A stretch of 64,000 nt of DNA from Candidatus Latescibacterota bacterium (GTDB taxonomy: Bacteria > Latescibacterota > UBA2968 > GCA-2709665). The DNA is taken from contig OZ242358.1 in assembly GCA_965208835.1 (NCBI GenBank), positions 2,272,001 through 2,336,000 on the forward strand, in the 5' to 3' direction. The notes under the pieces were generated by a model. It did not search any database. It was not told the origin of the DNA and saw only the letters and a program-made list of their open reading frames with translations. Below, one piece after another: positions 37,361-47,982 of this stretch (the first letter of the stretch is position 1; each line of letters begins with the position of its first letter). The translations under genes were made by a program, and so were the position numbers.

Positions 37361-38206
37361 ATGCCCAGGAGATGGTTGCGCGTTGCCGCGGTACAGATGC
37401 ACGCCAATGACGACATCGAAAAGAATGCGCGCGAGATCGTCGACCGGCTGAATGCCTGCGCCGGCAAACGCGTAGACGTGGCCGCGATTCACGAAGGCGT
37501 CCTGTTCGGCTATTGCGACCGACCGGATTTCTGGGCGGATCTGGATCAGTCCCGCATCGAAAGAGCCGAACGGCAGATCGTCCGCGCCTGTCGCGACATA
37601 GGCATCGCGGCCGTCGTCGGATCGACCCATCTGGAAGGCGGCCGCCGCTTTAACAGCTTGCTGGTTGTGGACAGAGACGGCACGGTGCGCGGGCGTTACG
37701 GCAAAATCCATCTTGCGGGCGAACGCTGGTTCGAGCCGTCCCAGCACCTGCCCGTTTACAGCCTGTGCGGCGTACCGTGTTGTTTCCTGATCTGTCACGA
37801 TATCCGCTATCCCGAACTCGTGCGGCTGCCAGCGGCTGCCGGCGCGCAGATCTGCTTTTTCTGCAGTTGCGAGAGTTCCGTCACGTTCGAGCACAAACTG
37901 TCGGCCTACCGGGCGATGCCCATCAGCCGCGCGACCGAGAATGCAATCTACGTGGTTATGTCCAACGCGCCCGCCGACCCAGCCGATATCGACCGCGCGG
38001 GGTCGTCTCACGGCGAGTCGAAGATCATCCATCCGGACGGAAACGTGATGGTTGAAGCCGGGATGTTTTCGGACGAGATCATCATCCGGAGGCTCGATCT
38101 CCACGAGGCGTCGCGAAATGTCGCGATGCGCGCCGTAAACGACGTCACCTGCCTCAGCGGATGGATGAAGGACGGTGTGAGGCTCGTGGACGGGGGAATC
38201 GCGTGA
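37361..38206 (+). CDS. Carbon-nitrogen hydrolase (nitrilase superfamily)
   Basis: HEG (E), YGKIHL (K), LICHDIRYPE (C) catalytic triad. Confidence 0.9.
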   Translation: MPRRWLRVAAVQMHANDDIEKNAREIVDRLNACAGKRVDVAAIHEGVLFGYCDRPDFWADLDQSRIERAERQIVRACRDIGIAAVVGSTHLEGGRRFNSLLVVDRDGTVRGRYGKIHLAGERWFEPSQHLPVYSLCGVPCCFLICHDIRYPELVRLPAAAGAQICFFCSCESSVTFEHKLSAYRAMPISRATENAIYVVMSNAPADPADIDRAGSSHGESKIIHPDGNVMVEAGMFSDEIIIRRLDLHEASRNVAMRAVNDVTCLSGWMKDGVRLVDGGIA

Positions 38207-38237
38207 CGAATCGTTTCAATTCGTTCGAGGAGGATGT

Positions 38238-39695
38238 ATGAGGGGGTCCAGGCCGAATATTCTCTGGATCTGTACGGACCAGCAGCGGTACGACACGATC
38301 GGCGCGTTGGGGAACCCGCACGTCGACACGCCCAATATAGACCGTCTGGTCGCGGAAGGATTCGCGTTTACGCACGCGTATTGCCAGAGTCCGATCTGCA
38401 CGCCGAGCCGCGCGAGTTTCCTGACGGGACAATATGCGAGCGCCGTCCACGTGAACGGAAACGGCAATTCGCATTTTCCGGACGCGCCGCCGCTGGTTAC
38501 GAAATTGCTCGCCGACAGCGGATACGATTGCGGCCTGATCGGCAAGTTGCATCTGTCCAGTGCGTTCGGTCGCGTGGAAGAGCGGGTCAACGACGGTTAC
38601 CGGTACTGGCAATACAGCCACGCGCCAAGGGACGACTGGGAAACCGGACACGACTACGCCGACTGGGTGCGGTCGAAGGGGGAGGTGCTGGGCGAACTGA
38701 CGAAGAGCCTGGACGGAGTGCCCGCCGAGCTGCACCAGACCACGTGGTGCGCGGAGAAGACCATCGACTTCTTGAGCGAAGCGCGTGAGGGCCCGTGGCT
38801 GGCTTCCGTGAATATCTACGATCCGCATCCGCCGTTCAATCCGCCCGGGACGTACCGCGACCTGTTCGATCCGGAACAGGTAGGCGAACCGTTGTTTCGG
38901 GAAAGCGATCTGGCACAACAGAAGGCGCTCGAGTCCATCGACTTCCAGTCCAAAGGCCGGCATCCGCGCGACCTGGACATCAGGAGCCCGGTGATCCCCT
39001 GGACGCAGACCCGCGGACTGGTGGAGCCGGAAACCGGCGGCAAACGGGATGCGAAAACGCTGATCGCCGCGTATTATGCCATGATCAAGCTGATCGACGA
39101 TCAGGTCGGCCGGATCATGGCCGCCCTGGAAGCAACGGGACAGCGTGAGAATACACTCGTGATCTTCAACAGCGATCACGGCGAGATGCTGGGAGACCAC
39201 GGGCTGATTCAGAAGGGCTGCCGCTTCTACGAAGGGCTTGTGAGGGTGCCGCTGATCTTCTCGTGGCCCGGACACGTGTCGTCCGGCCGGAGAAGCGACG
39301 CGTTGGTGGAACTGCGCGATATCGCCCCGCTGCTGTTGGAACTGGCGGGGCGGCCCGTTCCCGAGCGGATGCAGGCGCGTTCGCTGGCGCCGATGCTCAG
39401 CGGCGAGAAACCGGCCGACGAACATCGCGAATTCGTACGCTGCGAGTTCTACGATGCGCTGGATCAGGCCGACGGGACGTTCGCGACGATGTACCGCGAT
39501 CGCCGTTATAAGCTCGTCGTCTACCACGGGCACGGCCTTGGCGAACTCTACGACCTCGATGAGGATCCGGGGGAGTTTGACAATCTCTGGAACAGCCCCG
39601 ATCACGCAGATGTGAAACTCGACCTCATGCAGCGCAGTTTTGACGCGTCCATGCTCGCCATGGACCGGGGCCCCGAACGCATCGGACCGATGTGA
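38238..39695 (+). CDS. Sulfatase (Cys-type formylglycine)
   Basis: PNILWICTDQQR, CTPSRAS, IGKLH, DPHPP, SDHGEMLGDH. Confidence 0.95.
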   Translation: MRGSRPNILWICTDQQRYDTIGALGNPHVDTPNIDRLVAEGFAFTHAYCQSPICTPSRASFLTGQYASAVHVNGNGNSHFPDAPPLVTKLLADSGYDCGLIGKLHLSSAFGRVEERVNDGYRYWQYSHAPRDDWETGHDYADWVRSKGEVLGELTKSLDGVPAELHQTTWCAEKTIDFLSEAREGPWLASVNIYDPHPPFNPPGTYRDLFDPEQVGEPLFRESDLAQQKALESIDFQSKGRHPRDLDIRSPVIPWTQTRGLVEPETGGKRDAKTLIAAYYAMIKLIDDQVGRIMAALEATGQRENTLVIFNSDHGEMLGDHGLIQKGCRFYEGLVRVPLIFSWPGHVSSGRRSDALVELRDIAPLLLELAGRPVPERMQARSLAPMLSGEKPADEHREFVRCEFYDALDQADGTFATMYRDRRYKLVVYHGHGLGELYDLDEDPGEFDNLWNSPDHADVKLDLMQRSFDASMLAMDRGPERIGPM

Positions 39696-39886
39696 GAGAG
39701 GAGTACGGTAGACCGGTTACTCTTCCATCCGACACCCTGAACGACATCGACCGGGACCGTTATCGTGGATTGACGTGCTCGATTCTCAACGATTGCGAGA
39801 CCCGTCTGGTACGTTAATTGCAATAACCTGAACCATCCTCCACTTTCATAGTGGGCCGGCGGAATTTCTGCAAAGGATGGTTCAAT

Positions 39887-41986
39887 ATGACTGAGAAATC
39901 AGACGCACTCGATCTCCTCAGGTTGGCTACGGATGACGCGGACGTTAATTTTCGGCGCGGGCAATGGGAAGCGATCGACTCCCTGGTGAACAGGAGGGCT
40001 CGATTGCTTGTTATCGAGCGCACCGGATGGGGCAAGAGTTCGGTCTACTTCATCGCGACACGAATTCTCCGTAACAGAGGGCGCGGGCCGACCCTCATCG
40101 TCTCGCCTCTCCTCGCCCTGATGCGAAATCAGATCAACGCCGCCCGCCGATTGGGTATCCGTGCGCTCACGATCAATTCAGCAAACAGAGAGGAGTGGCC
40201 GGACGTTCGGCGAGCCGTACGGGAGAACGAGGCGGACGTGCTCCTGATTTCGCCCGAGAGGCTGGCAAACGACGAATTCGTTGAAAGCGTCCTGCTGCCT
40301 GTCGCCTCACGAATCGGGCTGCTGGTAGTAGATGAGGCGCATTGCATTTCTGACTGGGGACACGACTTCCGTCCGGACTACCGGCGGCTGGTCAGTGTAT
40401 TGCAGCGAATGCCCGGCAGTGTGCCGATACTTGGCACGACGGCAACGGCGAATGACCGCGTGGTAGAGGATATCCGGGCACAGCTTGGCGATTTCGCGAT
40501 ACAACGCGGGAACCTGGTGCGTCGAACACTTGCTCTGCAGAAAATGCGATTGCCCTCGCAGGTGGAGAGGCTCGCATGGCTGGCGGAACACATTGATTCT
40601 TTGCCTGGTACGGGAATCATCTATACACTTACCAGGCGCGATGCGAACCTGGTTGAAAAGTGGCTCCGGAAACACGGTATTACAGCGAGAGCGTACTATA
40701 GCGGCGTGAAGCGTGATGACTTCGAGGACTCGAACGCTTATCGTCTGCATCTCGAACGAAAGCTGCTTCGTAATGAAATAAAGGCATTGGTGGCAACGAC
40801 GGCACTCGGCATGGGGTACGACAAGCCGGATATCGGTTTCGTCGTCCACTACCAGGCGCCCGGTTCGATTGTCGCCTATTACCAGCAGGTGGGTCGCGCG
40901 GGCCGAGCCATCTCGCACGCCATCGGATTATTGATGTCAGGAGACGAGGATGCCGACATTCATGAGTATTTCCGGCGAAGCGCTTTTCCTGTGGAAGCGT
41001 GGGTAAAGGCTATACTCGGCGTCCTGGAAGAGAGTGATGGCTTACGTGTCAGTCATATCGAAAGAGCGGTAAATCTGACGCGCGGTCAGATTGAGCAAGT
41101 GCTCAAATTCCTGTCTGTGGACAGTCCTGCGCCGGTCATTAAATCCGGGTACAAATGGGCCCGCACGGCTGTGCGGTATCAGATGGATCGCGAACGAATC
41201 CGGCGATTGACGGAAAAACGTCAAATCGAGTGGCGGGAGGTCCAGGAATATCTCGAAACAGACCGGTGCCTGATGGAGTTCCTCACAAGGGCTCTTGACG
41301 ACGTTGCCCCTCGGCCGTGCGGCAAGTGTGCTTCGTGCCGTCGGCGACCGCTTGTCGATCCCTCCTGCACGCGTAAGACCGCGATCGTGGCAGCACGATT
41401 CCTTCGTCAATCCGAGCTTGTGCTGGAATGCAACAGGCAGGTCGCGAGAGGTGCATTTCACGAATATGGCTTTCGCGGAAATCTGCCCGGTGACCTGCGT
41501 GCGGAGACGGGAAGGGTCCTCTCTCGATGGGGCGACGCGGGCTGGGGGCAACTGGTCGCCGATGACAAACACCGCGGCTATTTTCGTGAGGAGCTGGTGA
41601 ACGCGGTTGTGGAGATGTTGTTTAAACGGTGGAAACCGTCTCCGACACCCAAATGGGTCACGTGCGTCCCCTCCAGGAATCGACCGGACCTCGTCCCTGA
41701 CTACGCGGAACGGTTGGCGGCGGCATTGGGACTGACGTTCGATCCGATCGTAACAAAAGTAAAGAACAACGATCCGCAAAAGTTGCAGCAGAACAGATTT
41801 CATCAGTGCAGGAATCTGGATGGCGCATTTGCGGTCGACCGCGCCGTCCCCAGCGGACCGGTCCTTCTGATTGACGACGTTGTCGACTCCGGCTGGACAT
41901 TGACCGTAATCGCTGCGCTGCTTCGACGAGCTGGAGGCGGCCCCGTCTGGCCGCTGGCTCTCGCGACCTCGAGAATGGCGGCTTGA
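39887..41986 (+). CDS. rqlH: RecQ-like helicase with C-terminal PRTase domain (RqlH-like)
   Basis: RTGWGKS, DEAHCISDWGHDFRPDY, TTATAN, YYQQVGRAGR, C..CGKC..C zinc site, LLIDDVVDSGWT PRPP loop. Confidence 0.88.
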   Translation: MTEKSDALDLLRLATDDADVNFRRGQWEAIDSLVNRRARLLVIERTGWGKSSVYFIATRILRNRGRGPTLIVSPLLALMRNQINAARRLGIRALTINSANREEWPDVRRAVRENEADVLLISPERLANDEFVESVLLPVASRIGLLVVDEAHCISDWGHDFRPDYRRLVSVLQRMPGSVPILGTTATANDRVVEDIRAQLGDFAIQRGNLVRRTLALQKMRLPSQVERLAWLAEHIDSLPGTGIIYTLTRRDANLVEKWLRKHGITARAYYSGVKRDDFEDSNAYRLHLERKLLRNEIKALVATTALGMGYDKPDIGFVVHYQAPGSIVAYYQQVGRAGRAISHAIGLLMSGDEDADIHEYFRRSAFPVEAWVKAILGVLEESDGLRVSHIERAVNLTRGQIEQVLKFLSVDSPAPVIKSGYKWARTAVRYQMDRERIRRLTEKRQIEWREVQEYLETDRCLMEFLTRALDDVAPRPCGKCASCRRRPLVDPSCTRKTAIVAARFLRQSELVLECNRQVARGAFHEYGFRGNLPGDLRAETGRVLSRWGDAGWGQLVADDKHRGYFREELVNAVVEMLFKRWKPSPTPKWVTCVPSRNRPDLVPDYAERLAAALGLTFDPIVTKVKNNDPQKLQQNRFHQCRNLDGAFAVDRAVPSGPVLLIDDVVDSGWTLTVIAALLRRAGGGPVWPLALATSRMAA

Positions 41987-41987
41987 T

Positions 41988-42971
41988 ATGAATTCGGGTG
42001 CCAATACTCAGGCTGTAATGCTTCTCACGGTCTCGTTTGGCAGATCGGACCGGTCGGAGGCAAAACCGCTCTCGTCGAAAGAATGGGCGCGCTTCGCAAC
42101 CTGGCTAAGAGATCGTGATTTGGAGGCCTCGGATCTGCTGAAGGGTGAATTGAGAAGCCAGCTTGATGGTTGGACGGATCGTTCAATTACGCTGTCCAGA
42201 CTGGAAAGTCTTTTTGAACGCGGAGGAGCGCTTGGCCTGGCGCTCGAGAAATGGCAGCGTGCCGGTCTCTGGATCATTACGCAGGGGGATCCACGATATC
42301 CTGAAAGGTTGAAACACCGGTTTGGGTTGAATTCCCCACCCGTACTCTTCGGCTGCGGGAATGAAATGCTTCTTGCGCGCGGCGGCATTGCCGTAGTTGG
42401 CTCCCGAAATGCCGACCCGGAAGACATTGCTTTTGCAGGGAATCTTGGCGCCGCCGCCGCCCGGCAGGGACATTCGGTCGTTTCGGGTGCAGCTCGCGGT
42501 GTGGACCAGAGCGCCATGTTGAGCGCACTGAAGAACGACGGCACGGCAATCGGCGTTGTGGCGGAGAGCCTGATGCGTGCGGTGACGTCCGTGAATTATC
42601 GCAAGTTTCTTCTCTCACGTGATCTGGCGCTGGTAACACCGTTCAATCCGGAAGCGGGATTCAGCGTCGGAAACGCGATGTCGAGAAACCGGTACATCTA
42701 TTGCCTGGCTGACGCCGCGATCGTGGTAAGCAGTACAGCGAATCGTGGAGGCACGTGGAACGGCGCACTGCAAAACCTGGATGCCGCGTGGGTACCCCTG
42801 TGGGTCAAATGTCCTGCAAGAAGAGATTCGGGCAATGCGAGGCTTGTCGAGAGGGGTGCGCGCTGGATTCCCGACGATCTGGAGTCACTGCAGTCCTTGA
42901 CGACATCCGGACCGGAAAAGGCGTTGCGGCTCGAACTACCGCTCTCACGTCGGAGACAGGACAATCTATAG
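41988..42971 (+). CDS. rqlI: DprA/Smf (SLOG) domain protein (RqlI-like)
   Basis: KPLSSKEWARF N-domain, YPERL..SPPVLFGCG, AVVGSR, VSGAARGVD, MSRNRYIY, GGTWNGA; 1 nt after the helicase stop. Confidence 0.85.
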   Translation: MNSGANTQAVMLLTVSFGRSDRSEAKPLSSKEWARFATWLRDRDLEASDLLKGELRSQLDGWTDRSITLSRLESLFERGGALGLALEKWQRAGLWIITQGDPRYPERLKHRFGLNSPPVLFGCGNEMLLARGGIAVVGSRNADPEDIAFAGNLGAAAARQGHSVVSGAARGVDQSAMLSALKNDGTAIGVVAESLMRAVTSVNYRKFLLSRDLALVTPFNPEAGFSVGNAMSRNRYIYCLADAAIVVSSTANRGGTWNGALQNLDAAWVPLWVKCPARRDSGNARLVERGARWIPDDLESLQSLTTSGPEKALRLELPLSRRRQDNL

Positions 42972-43015
42972 TACACGAAACAAATCCAATCGTCTCCCGT
43001 GTTCTCAGATCATCA

Positions 43016-44272
43016 TTACTCCCCCGTGTATCCCTTTGACGCCCAGACCTTTTTGGCCAGCTCTTTGGCTTCATCTGACGGTTCGATGTCGCCCAGGATG
43101 CTGGAGGGCGGCTGTCCGTCTTTCTTGCGCGCGGGGTCGGGCGACCAGTCGTCGTTTTCGTATTGCTTGCGCACGGATTCGTCGCGGAAATCGGGCACTT
43201 CCATAGAATCCGAATCGTTCAGCGCCGAGCGCCACGCCTGGATGCCCGCGATGCTCATGTCGAGACCGCGGTAGACGTCGAGATACGGCTGTTCTCCCTT
43301 GCGGATCGCCTCGGCAAAGTGCCAGGTCGTAAAGAAGTCCCCGCCGCCGTGGCCGGTGCGGGTCGCCCGGTTGTGATGGACGGGGAAGTCGGGCTTGTAG
43401 ACCGTTTCGACCGGATCACCCTTGCGCTTTTCCCATGGTTCGTACCAGACGCGCAGCCGCTGTTTGTCGCCGTGGCGGCAGTTTTCCATCACGCCCCTGT
43501 TGCCGTGGATGCGTACGTAGTTGCCGTGACCGCGCAGCCCCCCGTGCAGGGATTTCAGAACCGCATCGTTGTCCATCCTGCAGATGATCACCGCGGCCGT
43601 GTCCGAACGCCTCATGTTAAGCGTCTGGGAGGGGTCGCCGAAGTCATAGGGGATGACAAAGCCGTTCACTCTGGTCGGCCTGGTGTCAGTGATATACATC
43701 ACCGGTGCGATGGAGTGGGTGCAGTAGTACGTGGCCGGCACCCAGTTGCGCCAGTGGTCTCGCCCGCAGCTGCGCCCCAGCTTGATCTCGGGCGGGTCCG
43801 GGTGGACGTATTCGCCCTCTCCGTATTTGAACTCACCAACGCGCCCTTTTTGATAGAGCCGTCTCATCTCCTGGTTGAAGACCATGTAGGGGTAATTCTC
43901 GGCGAACATGTAGGCCCTGCGGCTTTTTTCGACGGCTCGCGCAAGAGCCACGCCTTCGCCCAGCGTGTGACATGCCGAGGTCTCGCTCATGACGTGCATT
44001 CCGGCGTTGAGCGCCCTGATGGCAAACGGCGCGTGCTCGTGAAAGTAGTTTGCCAGCACAACCGCGTCCATGTCGCATCCCAGGAATTCGTCGTAATCGA
44101 CAAATGTCCGCACGTTCAGCGCTTCGCCCTCCGCGATGAGCCGCTCTTCCCAGGTGTCGCAGATTGCGACAAGCTCCATGCCGGTCGCTCCTGCCGCCCG
44201 CGCAAAGGAGCGTCCCCGGCCGACGCCGACCACGCCGACCCGTATACGCTGTTTGCTCTTTCTTCTGGCCAT
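43016..44272 (-). CDS. Gfo/Idh/MocA family oxidoreductase, GH109-like
   Basis: VGVVGVGRG, GEGEYVH, YYCTHSIAP, GHGGGD. Confidence 0.88.
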   Translation of the reverse strand: MARRKSKQRIRVGVVGVGRGRSFARAAGATGMELVAICDTWEERLIAEGEALNVRTFVDYDEFLGCDMDAVVLANYFHEHAPFAIRALNAGMHVMSETSACHTLGEGVALARAVEKSRRAYMFAENYPYMVFNQEMRRLYQKGRVGEFKYGEGEYVHPDPPEIKLGRSCGRDHWRNWVPATYYCTHSIAPVMYITDTRPTRVNGFVIPYDFGDPSQTLNMRRSDTAAVIICRMDNDAVLKSLHGGLRGHGNYVRIHGNRGVMENCRHGDKQRLRVWYEPWEKRKGDPVETVYKPDFPVHHNRATRTGHGGGDFFTTWHFAEAIRKGEQPYLDVYRGLDMSIAGIQAWRSALNDSDSMEVPDFRDESVRKQYENDDWSPDPARKKDGQPPSSILGDIEPSDEAKELAKKVWASKGYTGE

Positions 44273-44522
44273 ATGTAAATTCCCCGACGTTGCAGTTTCG
44301 TGGGCGAATTCGAGAATTTCGAATTCAACATCCGGTCTACGAAAAGATAGTACTGATCTTCGCACTTCATACTGATTTTTCGACCGCGCAGTACCTGTCG
44401 AAAACTCACATTTCTTGTTACAATAGTTACGAGCGGGCGGCCTGAACTGATTCGTCACTCTTCAAGGCCGGTATCTTACGTCGAATCGAACGACTCATAG
44501 CCAGGCCGGAGAACATATCGAC

Positions 44523-45341
44523 ATGGAATCCGAGACGGAAGAAAGAATAGGACTGACGCCGGCTCAACGTTATTTCTTCGACGTCAACGGCTACGTCCTG
44601 CTCAAGGATGTTTTCAGTCCGGCGGATTGCAGGCGACTGATCGATCTCGCGGACCGGATGGACGCTGACGACGGATGCGCGTACAAGCACGACGGGTATC
44701 CGAAGACGCCGGTGCTGACGATTCTCTCCCGGTGCGCGTGGTATGATCTGCAGTTGCTCGAAACGGCGATGCACCCCGTGCTGTTGCCGATCATGCAGGA
44801 CGTGGTCGGGGGTGACGTGCGCCTCGAGGAGCATCAGTATCTCATCAACTATCCAGTTGAGCCGGAATGTGATACGGCGTTCAATGACTCCCGTGTGGCA
44901 GATGAAGGGTGGCACCGGGGCATCGCGCCGAACTTCGGGAGCTTCGAAGCGGGCGGGCACTACCACTGTATGTTCAGCAAAGCCTTCATCTACCTCACCG
45001 ACAATGGTCCGGGCGAAGGCACCTGGGTCGTGCCGGGAAGCCACCGCATGGACATGCCCATGGCGGCGCTGCGCGAAATTATGGACGAGACCCTGGCGCG
45101 GCAACTCGAGTCCCGGGCCGGAGACGTGCTCATCCTGAGTGAAACGCTGATCCACGCGGGTCCCAGATTGGTGGCTGGCGCACGGCCTCGCTATTCGCTG
45201 GTCTACGGGTACACGGCGCCGTTCATGCAGACTTGGAATCGCTACGACCCGCCGACCGACCTGCTGGAACGGGTGACTCCGGAACAACGCAGCCTTCTTA
45301 CGGGTGAACTCCGTTACGCATTCCGCCGTGGGCAATTCTAA
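44523..45341 (+). CDS. Phytanoyl-CoA dioxygenase (PhyH) family protein with HxG motif
   Basis: FFDVNGYVLL, GWHRG, FIYLTD..GEGTWVVPGSH, AGDVLILSETLIHAG, RYSLV. Confidence 0.85.
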   Translation: MESETEERIGLTPAQRYFFDVNGYVLLKDVFSPADCRRLIDLADRMDADDGCAYKHDGYPKTPVLTILSRCAWYDLQLLETAMHPVLLPIMQDVVGGDVRLEEHQYLINYPVEPECDTAFNDSRVADEGWHRGIAPNFGSFEAGGHYHCMFSKAFIYLTDNGPGEGTWVVPGSHRMDMPMAALREIMDETLARQLESRAGDVLILSETLIHAGPRLVAGARPRYSLVYGYTAPFMQTWNRYDPPTDLLERVTPEQRSLLTGELRYAFRRGQF

Positions 45342-45526
45342 GAAGTTGTTTTAAAAATCCCGGTGAGTCCCGAGCGCGAACGAAAATGTGTCGGTCAAGG
45401 CGGGCAAAGGCGCCTAAGAGAGGCGAGCAAGCGCAGCCTCGACCTTTCGATACGGGTGCTTTTGACCAACGCAGACCGACGCTTTTGCAGCCGCGCGAAG
45501 ACCGCTGGACGTTTTAAGACAGCTTC
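45342..45526. mobile_element. MITE family A, copy 4
   Basis: GAAGTTGTTTTAAAAAT ... GTTTTAAGACAGCTTC; shares GAGAGGCGAGCAAGCGCAGCCTCGA with copy 1; abuts the TAA stop of the PhyH gene. Confidence 0.82.
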
Positions 45527-45885
45527 CAGGGATCGGGGGGAGTCCCAACGCGGCCTCGTCGCCACACGATTCAACAGACAACAGCCGGACGATCGGCGTC
45601 GACCGGCCCCACCCATGCCGTTGCGCGCCAGATCGCGATTGCGCACTTTCTCTACAATCTGGTGGGTGTCGTCGTCATCTACGCCATCCCCGGGCTGCGG
45701 GATGTTCCCATCGTGGGCGCCGAGTGGCTTTCGCGCCTCGGCAGCGCACGGAAATGGCTGGCCATAATGTATATTCTCTTTGCATTCTTCGGCATCCCGG
45801 CGGCGCTCGTGTTTGCTAACGCATGGCTGTCCTGAGTGCAGCAAGCAACGTCCTGTCAATCGTCTCGAATTCAGGATCCTGTCCT

Positions 45886-46911
45886 ATGCCATTTGGTGTC
45901 GCAGTGCTGGGTACCGGCCGCATCGGCGGCAGTTACATCGATGTCGTGAAGAAAACGCCCGGCGCGGACATGAAGGTTGTCGCGGAGCCCGGAGAGGATG
46001 CCGCCGCGCGTTGGCGGAGCCGGCACCCCGACGTCGAATTTGTGGATGACTACCGGAAAGTGCTGGAACGCGACGACGTCGACGTGGTCATCGGGACCCT
46101 TCCGCACTGGCTCCACTACCAGGCGGCGCTCGATGCCGCGGCCGCGGGAAAACACATCTATATGGAAAAACCGCTCGCGGCCTGGGCGTGGCAGGCGGAG
46201 GAGATGCTGGTCGCGGCCCGTGAGAACGGCGTCAAGCTCATGACGGCGCACACGCAACGCTACTTTCCTGCCGTCGCGGCGATGAAGGAAATCGTGGACC
46301 GCGGCGACCTGGGGTCCGTGATCATGGCCTACGACATGTGGCACAAGCCGTACGGTCCCTACAATCGGCCCGAGTGGATGCTGGACCGCGAGCGTGGCGG
46401 CGGCATGGGCCAGATGGACGGCACCCACCAGATCGACAGGTTGCTCTGGATTATCGGGAACGACGTCGCGACCGTTTCGGCACAGCAGGGGCAGTTCACG
46501 TTTCCGAAGTCCGAACATCCGGCCATTGACTGCGACGATACCGGCGTGTATTTTATCCGATGGAAGAGCGGGATTGTCGCCGCTGTCAGCCGCATTGCGT
46601 GGGCGCGCGGGGCAACGGAATACGGCGGCGACTGGTTCTTCACCCGTGGCATGGCGCGCTTCCGTCTGCCCTACGGCGGGGGCGATCCGCCGGCTCTGTT
46701 CATCGCTGACACGGCCGACGGGACATGGCGGCGCGAATCCGTGCCCGTTCGAGACAGCCTGGTGGACGAATTCACCGATTTCATCGAGTCTCTCGAACGG
46801 GGTGACGACGATACGCCGATACCGCAGGTTCACGGCCTGAACGTACTCAAGGTACTCGAAGCGACCGAAGCATCTGCACGCGCCGGCCGCGAAGTTGACC
46901 TTGATTCGTAA
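45886..46911 (+). CDS. Gfo/Idh/MocA family oxidoreductase
   Basis: VAVLGTGRIG, YMEKPLA, GGGMGQMDGTHQID. Confidence 0.9.
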   Translation: MPFGVAVLGTGRIGGSYIDVVKKTPGADMKVVAEPGEDAAARWRSRHPDVEFVDDYRKVLERDDVDVVIGTLPHWLHYQAALDAAAAGKHIYMEKPLAAWAWQAEEMLVAARENGVKLMTAHTQRYFPAVAAMKEIVDRGDLGSVIMAYDMWHKPYGPYNRPEWMLDRERGGGMGQMDGTHQIDRLLWIIGNDVATVSAQQGQFTFPKSEHPAIDCDDTGVYFIRWKSGIVAAVSRIAWARGATEYGGDWFFTRGMARFRLPYGGGDPPALFIADTADGTWRRESVPVRDSLVDEFTDFIESLERGDDDTPIPQVHGLNVLKVLEATEASARAGREVDLDS

Positions 46912-47123
46912 GTCTTCGGGTACGTAAAATCGAATATGTGCTTGTAAATAAAGGCGATTAGACGGCGGATTACCAGGATACACCAGGTCACTGGACGTGA
47001 AGGAAGAAACGTCCTTCTATACGTCGATAACGCCCTGTTTCGGAGGGTTTTATCGCGTCGCCGCGTTGCTGTTTTTTTCGGATTGAGGTTGAGTTGAGTC
47101 TCAAATGAAAACCGGAGGGCAGG

Positions 47124-47858
47124 ATGAAAGAAACCCGCACGTTCTTTGAGGAAAACGGCTACTACCTGGCCAAAGGCGTCTTTTCGCCCGATGAAGTCGG
47201 CCGTCTTGAGAATGAATTCGATCGCATTGTCCGCCAGCTCGGCAAAGACGCCGAGGGCGCTTCGAACGACAACGGTGTCTTTGGCACACGCAACGTGCAG
47301 CAGTATTCGGGATTGTGGATGGCGGCCCTGCTTCACGAGAAGTTCCTCGACATTGTCGAACAGTTCATCGGCCCGGACATCGTACTCAACCATTCCACGC
47401 TCTTCGAGAAACGGATGACAACCGGAACGACACCGTTCCATATGCACCAGGACTGGAGCTATCTGCCAACCGAAAAGAACACCATGATTGCGGGAATGAT
47501 CCATATCAGCGAAGCCACGGAAGAAATGGGCTGCCTCAGAGTCTATCCGGGTTCGCACAGACACGGCAGGGTGGAAGGCTCTACCGCCACGAATGCCGAG
47601 TTCCACGAGCGGTTCCCGTTTGAAGGATCCACGGCGATTGAAGCACGTCCGGGAGACGTCACCTTTTTCGATTACTTCATTGTGCACGGTTCGCCGTCCA
47701 ACCGCTCTGAAATACCGAGGAAGGTTGTGATCGCGCGGATGTTATCCGGTAAAGATCGCAAGGAGGACATCCACCAGTTCAGCGAGAATCTGGTGTTGCG
47801 TGGATGGAACTACCACACGACCGCCGAAACGGCCAGGAAAACCGTCGCCAGGGCCTGA
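47124..47858 (+). CDS. Phytanoyl-CoA dioxygenase (PhyH) family protein, canonical HxD
   Basis: FFEENGY, MHQDW, GCLRVYPGSH, PGDV..VHGS..NRS..PR. Confidence 0.9.
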   Translation: MKETRTFFEENGYYLAKGVFSPDEVGRLENEFDRIVRQLGKDAEGASNDNGVFGTRNVQQYSGLWMAALLHEKFLDIVEQFIGPDIVLNHSTLFEKRMTTGTTPFHMHQDWSYLPTEKNTMIAGMIHISEATEEMGCLRVYPGSHRHGRVEGSTATNAEFHERFPFEGSTAIEARPGDVTFFDYFIVHGSPSNRSEIPRKVVIARMLSGKDRKEDIHQFSENLVLRGWNYHTTAETARKTVARA

Positions 47859-47982
47859 GAGTGAATCGAACGACGTGTGCGTGGACGAGCGCGCCTGGGC
47901 GGACTGCTTGACGCGACCCTTTCCCGTCGATGTCATTTCAGAACAGCTTGCTGATTCATTGGATGAAATATTAATTTTCTAA

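Noticed and set aside
35864-38104. 746-aa minus-strand ORF and other long antisense ORFs (11307-12752, 20146-21849, 38154-39605, 43163-44278)
   Set aside because: Shadow frames opposite well-supported genes in GC-rich DNA, with no recognisable motifs.
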